Origin: a bacterium
GTDB lineage: Bacteria; Desulfobacterota; Anaeroferrophillalia; Anaeroferrophillales; Anaeroferrophillaceae
NCBI GenBank assembly: GCA_029940125.1
Contig: JAOZRP010000001.1
Span: 1-32,316 of the forward strand
Direction of reading: 5' to 3'
DNA length: 32,316 nucleotides
Part shown: one piece after another, positions 26,293 to 32,316 of the stretch
Layout of the letters: every line of letters begins with the position of its first letter
Numbering within the stretch: position 1 is the first letter of the stretch
Program-made: the position numbers and the translations under genes
Notes under the pieces: model-generated
The model's input: only the letters and a program-made list of their open reading frames with translations
Told to the model about the DNA's origin: nothing
Databases searched by the model: none

Positions 26293-28320
26293 TCAGTTCT
26301 CCGCCTGCAGCACAAATTCCATTCCCGTCCCGGCCACGATGCGCTGGCCCGGCAGGGGCTTCTGCTTCATGATTTTGCCGCTGCCGCGAATGGAAAGCGA
26401 GCCGGGCAGCGTCCCGAAATAGGCCAGGACGTCACGCACCGACCGGCCGGAAAAATCCGGCATCACGTCGGCGCGTGCCGCCAGGGCATCCTTTTTTTTC
26501 GCGGCGGTCGGGATTGGAGCGGAGACCGAATGGTCGACGATTTTCACCCTGGACCGACTCCCTGTCCCACCTTTATCTTTCGTTCCGGCAGCCAGCATCA
26601 CCCGGCTGCTGGGCTCCACATTGAGATAAGCCAGCAGGCGCTGGCCGATGCGGCTGAAGGCCGGAGCCGCCACCATGCCGCCATAAATGCTGGTTCGGGG
26701 CTCGTCAAGCATCACGTACACCAGCAGTTTCCCCCGGTTTTCCGGACCGGGGATAAAACCGATAAAAGAGGCCAGGTAATTTTTGCGGGAATACCTTTTC
26801 TGCCGTGGATCGTATTTCTGCGAGGTGCCGGTTTTCCCCGCCACCCAGTATCCCGGAATGCGCGCTTTCGGCGCCGTGCCGTCATCATCAACCACCTCTT
26901 CCAGCATGGCCATGATCTGCCGGGAAACCCGGGGCGAAAACGCCCGGCGCCGCTCACTGAAGGCATGGTGCTCATACACTTTCCAGCCGTTTTCATTGAG
27001 CACCTGCTTCACCAGGTACGGCTTCACCAGGTAGCCGCCGTTGGCAAAGGCGGCGTAGGCCATCATCAGCTGCACCGGGGTGACTCCCACTCCCTGGCCA
27101 AAGGAAACGTTGCTCAAATCCACGTCGCGCCAGCGGCGCCAGTCGCGCAGCTTTCCCTGTTTTTCGCCCGGGAAGTCAATCCCGGTCGGTGAACCGAACC
27201 CGCAGCGACGGAGAAACTGGTAAAAATCCCGTTTGCCCAGCCGGGCGGCAATCTTCGAACAGCCGATATTGCTGGAAAGCTTCACGATCTCGCCAACGCT
27301 CAACATCCCGTGCTTATGGGTGTCATGAATGATCCGGTTCCCCACCCGATACTTGCCCTGTTCACAGTCAAGGCGGGTATCAGGAGTAATCACTCCCTTT
27401 TCCAGCGCCGCGGCCACGGTAAAAACCTTGAAGGTCGACCCCGGCTCAATCATGTCAACCACGGCCCGGTTCCGCCAGACGGACGGCTTCGAGCTGGTAA
27501 ACGAATTGGGGTTGAAAAACGGATACTGGGACATGGCCAGAATGGCGCCGTCTTCCACGTCCATGACCACGGCCAGCCCCCGCTTGGCCCGGGAGCTGAT
27601 GACCGCCCGGCCCAGTTCCTGCTCCACCGCATGCTGAATCGCCCGGTCGAGCGTCAGCACCACCGTTCCCCCTTTCGTTCCCTCAACGGACCCTATATCA
27701 CCGGGGTCAAGGATCCCCCTCCGGGCGTCCCGTTCCAGGAAAACAATATTTTTCTTGCCCCGCAGGTAACGGTCATAGTAATGCTCGATGCCCTCCAGTC
27801 CCTCGCTGTCCACGCCGACAAATCCCAAGAGCTGGCCGGCCAGTTCGCGGTTGGGATAAAACCTTCGACTTTCCTTGACGAAGCCCACTCCCCGCAGGTG
27901 AAGGCGCTTGATCTTTTCCGCCTGGCTGGGCAGCACGTCACGGGCCAGCCACTGAAAGCTTTTCTTGCTGGCCAGCTTACGGTATATCTGCCGGCTGGAG
28001 TACGGCAGGATGCGGGCCAGTTTGCGGGCCGCCTTTTTCTTGCTGACAATCCGGTGGGGCTGGACGTACACCGATTCACTCTCCAGGCTGACGGCCAGCT
28101 TGTTGCCCCGGGAATCAAGAATCTCTCCCCGTTCCGGCCGGATCTCCACCGCCCGGCGGCTCTGCTGCAGGGACTTGGCATAAAAGAAGTCATGCCTGAC
28201 CACCTGGAGATAGTAGGCCCGCGACAACAAACCCACCGCCCCGCAGACCATGACCAGGGCCAGGGATATAATTTTCCAGCGTTCCCATCGCCGGGAATCT
28301 TTTTGCCGATAGCGTTTCAT
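26293..28320 (-). CDS. ftsI: Division-specific class B penicillin-binding protein FtsI (PBP3) with a C-terminal PASTA-like domain
   Basis: 675 aa. N-terminal TM helix, transpeptidase motifs STFK, SSN and KTGT, and a C-terminal MPDFSGRSVRDVLAYF...GSGKIMKQKPLPGQRIVAGTGMEFVL segment. ATGA overlap with ftsL. Confidence 0.93.
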   Translation of the reverse strand: MKRYRQKDSRRWERWKIISLALVMVCGAVGLLSRAYYLQVVRHDFFYAKSLQQSRRAVEIRPERGEILDSRGNKLAVSLESESVYVQPHRIVSKKKAARKLARILPYSSRQIYRKLASKKSFQWLARDVLPSQAEKIKRLHLRGVGFVKESRRFYPNRELAGQLLGFVGVDSEGLEGIEHYYDRYLRGKKNIVFLERDARRGILDPGDIGSVEGTKGGTVVLTLDRAIQHAVEQELGRAVISSRAKRGLAVVMDVEDGAILAMSQYPFFNPNSFTSSKPSVWRNRAVVDMIEPGSTFKVFTVAAALEKGVITPDTRLDCEQGKYRVGNRIIHDTHKHGMLSVGEIVKLSSNIGCSKIAARLGKRDFYQFLRRCGFGSPTGIDFPGEKQGKLRDWRRWRDVDLSNVSFGQGVGVTPVQLMMAYAAFANGGYLVKPYLVKQVLNENGWKVYEHHAFSERRRAFSPRVSRQIMAMLEEVVDDDGTAPKARIPGYWVAGKTGTSQKYDPRQKRYSRKNYLASFIGFIPGPENRGKLLVYVMLDEPRTSIYGGMVAAPAFSRIGQRLLAYLNVEPSSRVMLAAGTKDKGGTGSRSRVKIVDHSVSAPIPTAAKKKDALAARADVMPDFSGRSVRDVLAYFGTLPGSLSIRGSGKIMKQKPLPGQRIVAGTGMEFVLQAEN

Positions 28321-28604
28321 TTCAACAGGATTTTCTGTCCCAATCCGGGATAACGCAGGCCGAACTTGCGACGGCCGATTTTCTCCAGGCGGTCATGCTG
28401 TTTCAGGGTGGCAATTTCCAAGAGCAATTTTTTATGATTTTCCTGGGCCGTTTTTTCCTGCCGACGAACCTTCACCAACCGGTAGCCATGCTCCACCACC
28501 TGGTAGTGCACCCAGGCATAGGCAAAAATGGAAGCAACCATCAACAGCAGCAGGACGGCATTGCCCAGTTTCCACCGCAGATCTCCGCCGACCTTTTTTT
28601 TCAT
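28317..28604 (-). CDS. ftsL: Cell division protein FtsL
   Basis: 95 aa. Short basic N-terminus, one TM helix (AVLLLLMVASIFAYAWV), then a heptad-like helix. Canonical position between rsmH and ftsI. ATGA overlaps at both ends. Confidence 0.8.
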   Translation of the reverse strand: MKKKVGGDLRWKLGNAVLLLLMVASIFAYAWVHYQVVEHGYRLVKVRRQEKTAQENHKKLLLEIATLKQHDRLEKIGRRKFGLRYPGLGQKILLK

Positions 28605-29554
28605 AACCGCTCCACTGCCCTCAACCTGGCGCTGCGGCTGCGCGGGTTGCGTTTAACCTCGTCGGCGCCAGGCACCACTACTTTCCCGGTCAGTCGACGA
28701 ACCTGGGGAACCTTGCCGCAGGTGCATACCGGCAGGCCGGGGGGGCAAATGCAGGGATCTGACCATTGCCTGAACATTCTTTTGACAATCCGGTCCTCAA
28801 GCGAATGATATGAGATCACCACCAGGCGCCCACCCCGGTTCAACCATTCCAGCCCGCTCTCGAGCACGGCAACCAAGGCCTGCAGCTCTTCATTGACGGC
28901 GATTCTCAGCGCCTGGAACACCCGGGTAGCCGGATGGAGACGCCGGTGAATTTTGTCCGGCGGCGTCAGGGAAACAATCAGATCAGCCAGTTCCCTGGTC
29001 GTGGTTATGGGCTTGACGGAGCGGGCCTTGACAATGGCCCGGGCAATGGATCCGGCATAGGGCTCTTCACCGAAACGCTTGAAGATGTCACGCAGTTGAT
29101 CAACACCGGCCGTACGGATAATATCCGCCGCGGAAATTTCCTGTTTCTGGTCCATGCGCATATCCAACGGTCCATCAAGCTGAAAGCTGAATCCCCGTGG
29201 TGCATTGCTCAACTGATAGGAGGAAAGTCCGAGATCCAGCAGCAGGGCATCAATGCCCTTGATTTGAACCTCTTGAAGCAACTGGGAAAGATCGGCAAAA
29301 TTACCCTGAAGAAGCGTGAAGCGATCACCATAGCGCTCCCGCAGCGGAACAGCCCTGCCGACGGCAGCCTGATCCCGGTCGATGGCGACAACTTTCGTCC
29401 CCCGGCCGGTATGCTCCAGAATTGCCCGGCTGTGCCCGCCGCCGCCGAAGGTCGCATCAACAAAGATGCCATCCTGATCCCTGAAACGCGAAACGTTGAG
29501 ATAGGTCAGGGTTTCAGCTAGAAGAACCGGTACATGCCTGGTATCCGCCGGCAT
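28601..29554 (-). CDS. rsmH: 16S rRNA (cytosine1402-N4)-methyltransferase
   Basis: 317 aa with HVPVLLAETL, VDATFGGGGHS and DLGLSSYQL motifs. Confidence 0.95.
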   Translation of the reverse strand: MPADTRHVPVLLAETLTYLNVSRFRDQDGIFVDATFGGGGHSRAILEHTGRGTKVVAIDRDQAAVGRAVPLRERYGDRFTLLQGNFADLSQLLQEVQIKGIDALLLDLGLSSYQLSNAPRGFSFQLDGPLDMRMDQKQEISAADIIRTAGVDQLRDIFKRFGEEPYAGSIARAIVKARSVKPITTTRELADLIVSLTPPDKIHRRLHPATRVFQALRIAVNEELQALVAVLESGLEWLNRGGRLVVISYHSLEDRIVKRMFRQWSDPCICPPGLPVCTCGKVPQVRRLTGKVVVPGADEVKRNPRSRSARLRAVERL

Positions 29555-29557
29555 GGC

Positions 29558-30001
29558 TCATATGCCGAATTCAGCCATGGCGGCACTGATTTCCCCGGCA
29601 GCGCCAAGCGTCTCGGCCAATTCAGTCTCCCAGCGCTCTTTGCTCCAGATCTCTATCTTTTTCACCGCGCAGACAATAACCACTTCTTTTTCCAACTGGG
29701 CGTAGCTGCGCAGAGAGGGGGGGATCAGTATCCGCCCCTGCTTATCCAGAGAACATTCAACCGCGGCTGAAAGATAAAACCGGTGGAAGCTCTTTACTTC
29801 CTTTTTGTTTTGCGGCAGGAGAGAAACCTTGTTTTCCAGGCTGGTCCACTCGGGATAGGGAAAGCAATCAAGGCAGCCGTCAAAGCCATTGGTCACCATC
29901 AGCGACGGGGTATATTCCCGCACCAACAACTCTCTTACCTTGGCCGGAATATTCAACCGCCCCTTGGCATCAATAGAGTATTCGTATCGGCCGCGAAACA
30001 C
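29558..30001 (-). CDS. mraZ: Transcriptional regulator MraZ
   Basis: Two DxxxR repeats (IDAKGRLNIP and LDKQGRILIP). The ORF-track start at 30034 is TTG. The GTG at 30001 gives the canonical MFRGRYEYSIDAKGR N-terminus and has a GGGAGAG Shine-Dalgarno 6 nt upstream. Confidence 0.9.
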   Translation of the reverse strand: MFRGRYEYSIDAKGRLNIPAKVRELLVREYTPSLMVTNGFDGCLDCFPYPEWTSLENKVSLLPQNKKEVKSFHRFYLSAAVECSLDKQGRILIPPSLRSYAQLEKEVVIVCAVKKIEIWSKERWETELAETLGAAGEISAAMAEFGI

Positions 30002-30040
30002 TGTGCTCTCCCACTGGAAACCCTGAAGACACAAGAATTA

Positions 30041-30065
30041 CCCACTTTTAACCACTTATCCCCAC
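30041..30065 (-). promoter_or_regulatory. Three phased MraZ operator boxes
   Basis: Minus strand reads GTGGGgataaGTGGTtaaaaGTGGGtaatt. This is a GTGG(G/T) pentamer repeated at exactly 10-nt spacing, immediately downstream of the -10 element. Confidence 0.6.
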
Positions 30066-30094
30066 TAGATACCTGTATCATCATGGTTTGTCAA
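30066..30094 (-). promoter_or_regulatory. Pmra-like sigma70 promoter of the dcw operon
   Basis: On the minus strand: TTGACA (30094-30089), a 17-nt spacer, then TATCTA (30071-30066). It lies about 65 nt upstream of the mraZ GTG. Confidence 0.6.
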
Positions 30095-30105
30095 GGAGAA
30101 AAACC

Positions 30106-30136
30106 AAAAAAACCGGGCGTTATTCCCGGTTTTTTT
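30106..30136 (-). terminator. Bidirectional rho-independent terminator after the AEC permease gene
   Basis: AAAAAAACCGGG (30106-30117), loop CGTTATT, CCCGGTTTTTTT (30125-30136). On the minus strand the stem is followed by TTTTTTTGGTTTTT. It insulates Pmra from upstream transcription. Confidence 0.8.
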
Positions 30137-30199
30137 CATTAACATAAAATATTGTTCTAACAGGAAAGAAGGGGCAAAAACAGGAAGGCGCCGCCGGCT

Positions 30200-31105
30200 T
30201 CAACCAACGCCCAGGTAAAGAAGCACCCCGGTCAGGGTGACGCCGCTGAGAAGGGTGGAAACAAAAATGGTCGCCGCCACAATCTCGGGGTGGGTATCGT
30301 AGTTAATGGCGTAAAGCAGGGGAATAATGGCCGACGGCGTACTGGTCTGGAGGATAAGAACCTGGCGCGGCAGGCCGTGGATATTCAGGAAGCCGCACAA
30401 GGCGATGGCAACCAGGGGGGAAAGTACCAGGCGAAAGGTGCTGCTGCCCAGCACCGGCAGCAGCACGCCGCCGCTGATCCTGGTTCGGGAAAGCTGCATG
30501 CCCAAAAGCATCAACAGCCCCGGGATGGCCGCCTGGCCCACCAGGTCGATGGCCTGCAGGGCGATCGCCGGCAGCGGCAGCTGAAATCCCCGCCAGATGG
30601 AAGCCAGGATAATGGCGTGAAACAACGGTATTTTAAAAATCTCCAGCAGCGACTCCTTGATGGAAGCCTGCCCCCGGGAAGCGATGTAAACGGCCAGGGT
30701 GCCCAGGGGAAAAGTAAACAAAACCAGGACAATGACAGCATACGCCAGGCCTTCCTTGCCAAAGGCAAAAAGCACCAGGGGCAGGCCGTAATTGCCGGTA
30801 TTCATCATGATGGTCGCCAGAGAAAAGGCACTGGTTTCCCGGGCGTCAAGACCCGTCAGATGGCCGAAGAGCGCCGACAGGCCCCAGAAAAACAGGGTCA
30901 TCAGCACCATGAAGACAATGGCCCGGGGCAGAAAACTGCTGAGCTGCTCATGGCCCTTGATCAAGCCGGAAAAAATCAGGCAGGGGGTGAAAAAATAGAG
31001 GGTCAGGTCGGAAATGGATTTAAAGTCAGGACCCTTGGTTTTCTCAAACAGCACTCCCAGGGCGATGATCAGGAAAATGGGCAGGAGAATCTTTACAAAT
31101 ACCAT
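30200..31105 (-). CDS. AEC-family (auxin efflux carrier / membrane transport protein) permease
   Basis: 301 aa with roughly 10 hydrophobic segments and a two-halves architecture typical of the AEC family. ATG at 31105. The substrate cannot be inferred. Confidence 0.8.
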   Translation of the reverse strand: MVFVKILLPIFLIIALGVLFEKTKGPDFKSISDLTLYFFTPCLIFSGLIKGHEQLSSFLPRAIVFMVLMTLFFWGLSALFGHLTGLDARETSAFSLATIMMNTGNYGLPLVLFAFGKEGLAYAVIVLVLFTFPLGTLAVYIASRGQASIKESLLEIFKIPLFHAIILASIWRGFQLPLPAIALQAIDLVGQAAIPGLLMLLGMQLSRTRISGGVLLPVLGSSTFRLVLSPLVAIALCGFLNIHGLPRQVLILQTSTPSAIIPLLYAINYDTHPEIVAATIFVSTLLSGVTLTGVLLYLGVG

Positions 31106-31199
31106 GATCTGTCTTCTTTTCCGGCAATTTTACCGGCCCACGCGGGTCGGCAGGGGCACCAACGTAACCCAACAACAAACAAAAATAAAGCAATATTTA

Positions 31200-31227
31200 T
31201 TGACAAAAACCAGGGGTTCATTATAGC
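31200..31227 (+). promoter_or_regulatory. Candidate sigma70 promoter reading toward pyrF
   Basis: TTGACA (31200-31205), a 16-nt spacer, then TATAGC (31222-31227), preceded by an A/T-rich UP-like tract (aaacaaaaataaagcaatattta). The same DNA reads TATAAT (31225-31220) on the minus strand. Confidence 0.45.
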
Positions 31228-31267
31228 CTAGCGCCCTGATGTTCCGGCATGGTTCCCGCTCATTCTC

Positions 31268-31334
31268 GCCGGCCGTCCGTGGCCGGCTCCGAGGCGTCCG
31301 CCGCGAATCACCGTCCGGGTGATTCGTCCGGCGG
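31268..31334. other. Two adjacent GC-rich stem-loops sharing the loop motif CCGTCCG (candidate structured RNA element)
   Basis: Hairpin A: GCCGGCC (31268-74), loop GTCCGT, GGCCGGC (31281-87). Hairpin B: CCGCCG-CGAATCACC (31298-31312), loop GTCCG, GGTGATTCG-tc-CGGCGG (31318-31334), 15 bp in all. CCGTCCG is at 31273-79 and 31311-17. Confidence 0.5.
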
Positions 31335-31493
31335 CCAAAACCGCTATGAACCAAGCCCGAACATCACATGGCACATTTCTGACAATACAGGTCAGAAAAA
31401 TGAAGTTTACCCTAATCAGGCAAAGAACATATAGCCGGCATCTTTGATGCCCAGCCGCATAAAACCTGATAATCTCCACGGAAAGGCAGTTTT

Positions 31494-32219
31494 ATGAACA
31501 GCAAAAACATCCCCCTGACTGACCGCCTCATTTTCGCCCTTGACGTTCCCACCGCCGACGAGGCCAAGACCTGGGTGGAAAAGCTGGAAGGCCAGGTCAA
31601 CTTTTACAAGGTTGGGCTGCAGCTTTTTCTTGCCGGCGGCTTCCCGATGGTGGAATGGATTACCAGGCGGGGCCACAAGGTGATGCTTGACCTGAAGTTC
31701 TTTGACGTCCCCGAAACCGTCAAACTGGCGGTTCGCCAGTTGAACGACCGGGGCGTCACCTTCGCCACCGTTCATGGCAACGACGCCATCATCGAAGCAG
31801 CGGTGCAGGCGCGACAGGACATCAAAATTCTCGGGGTCACCGTCCTGACCAGCTTCTGCGAGGACGACCTGCGGCAGATGGGCCTCACCGGCACCATTGA
31901 AGAGCTGGTCTACTACCGGGCCAAAAAAGCCCTGGAACTGGGCTGCGACGGCATCGTCTCCTCCGGCCTGGAGGCAGAACGGCTGCGCGGCCAACTGGGT
32001 GACAATTTTCTTGTCGTCACCCCGGGAATCAGGCCCGGCGTCAACCGGGAAATTGAAGAGGACGACCAGAAACGGGTGACCACGGCAGCCCAGGCTATCC
32101 AGAGCGGCGCCGACTACGTGGTTGTCGGCCGACCGATCAAACGGGCCGCCGATCCGCTTAAAGTCGTCGCCGGCCTGCAGGCGGAAATCGCCGCCGGCCT
32201 GGAAAGTTCTGCAGACTAA
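31494..32219 (+). CDS. pyrF: Orotidine-5'-phosphate decarboxylase
   Basis: 241 aa with FALDV, FYKVGLQLF, LDLKFFDVPETV and VVGRPI motifs. GAAAGG Shine-Dalgarno 7 nt upstream of the ATG. Confidence 0.95.
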   Translation: MNSKNIPLTDRLIFALDVPTADEAKTWVEKLEGQVNFYKVGLQLFLAGGFPMVEWITRRGHKVMLDLKFFDVPETVKLAVRQLNDRGVTFATVHGNDAIIEAAVQARQDIKILGVTVLTSFCEDDLRQMGLTGTIEELVYYRAKKALELGCDGIVSSGLEAERLRGQLGDNFLVVTPGIRPGVNREIEEDDQKRVTTAAQAIQSGADYVVVGRPIKRAADPLKVVAGLQAEIAAGLESSAD

Positions 32220-32227
32220 TTGGCGTC

Positions 32228-32253
32228 CATCCGGAAACTACCGTTTCCGGATG
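32228..32253 (+). terminator. Hairpin downstream of pyrF (possible terminator lacking a U-tract)
   Basis: CATCCGGAAA (32228-37), loop CTACCG, TTTCCGGATG (32244-53), starting 9 nt after the pyrF stop. It is followed by AGCCGTTAGTT, which is not a classical U-run. Confidence 0.4.
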
Positions 32254-32316
32254 AGCCGTTAGTTCCCAACCCTTAGCTTTTAGCTTAACAAGTTTTTTAA
32301 TGTTTTACTGAAAGCT

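Noticed and set aside
30056-30064. DnaA-box-like TTATCCCCA, one mismatch from TTATCCACA, near the strand-switch end of the window.
   Set aside because: It is a single copy and is entirely explained by overlap with the MraZ box array. There is no cluster of boxes, no AT-rich unwinding element and no dnaA or dnaN nearby.
31268-31334. Possible guanidine-II (mini-ykkC) riboswitch, suggested by two tandem hairpins with a shared loop motif.
   Set aside because: On the minus strand the loops read ACGGAC and CGGAC, not closed ACGR tetraloops. The stems are much longer than in mini-ykkC, and the neighbouring gene is an AEC permease rather than an SMR/EmrE-type guanidine exporter.
31130-31479. Small ORFs in the permease-pyrF spacer: 31130-31354 (-), 31228-31479 (-) and 31249-31434 (+).
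   Set aside because: They are Arg/Gly/Pro-rich or otherwise odd translations that span the GC-rich hairpins. They have no ribosome-binding sites, and they overlap each other in different frames. The region is better explained as RNA structure and promoters.
1-32316. Looked for defence or mobile signatures across the window: CRISPR repeats, tRNA or tmRNA attachment sites, integrase, transposase or toxin-antitoxin genes, direct repeats flanking the kinase-carbamoyltransferase pair, and a compositional island.
   Set aside because: None was seen. The only compositional anomalies are short intergenic AT-rich spacers. All ORFs of credible coding quality belong to housekeeping families, so the window is best treated as core chromosome.

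Overview
Almost the whole window (1-31105) is one block of core genes on the minus strand. Only pyrF at the right edge is on the plus strand. The gene content suggests a GC-rich Gram-negative, probably anaerobic (Desulfobacterota-like) genome, but that assignment is an inference.

Reading along the minus strand from right to left:
- An AEC-family permease (30200-31105).
- A complete, tightly packed dcw cell-wall and division operon: mraZ-rsmH-ftsL-ftsI-murE-murF-mraY-murD-ftsW-murG-murC-[BON lipoprotein]-murB-ddl-ftsQ-ftsA-ftsZ (11414-30001). It has a recognisable Pmra promoter and phased MraZ boxes.
- A 16-bp hairpin.
- A translationally coupled pair: a fused double LPS-kinase (Kdo/WaaP family) and a NodU/CmcH-type carbamoyltransferase (7985-11154).
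- An nfnA-nfnB-like ferredoxin/NAD(P) oxidoreductase pair (5594-7881) with a clean intrinsic terminator.
- A 0.57-kb AT-rich non-coding spacer.
- A nuo operon that goes nuoA-B-C-D straight into nuoH-I-J-K-L, with no nuoEFG (1-4954).

I found no tRNA or rRNA, CRISPR array, transposase, integrase or phage gene, and no obvious defence system. This looks like ordinary chromosome rather than an accessory island.

The items most worth a second look:
- the two-kinase-domain fusion coupled to a carbamoyltransferase, sitting where E. coli has lpxC after ftsZ;
- a small BON-domain lipoprotein gene hard-wired into the dcw operon between murC and murB;
- a structured GC-rich ~260-nt leader or possible ncRNA upstream of pyrF;
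- the N-module-less Nuo operon next to NfnAB.

Gene starts were re-examined by hand. Several ORF-track starts are upstream alternative codons and were trimmed to starts that have Shine-Dalgarno support.
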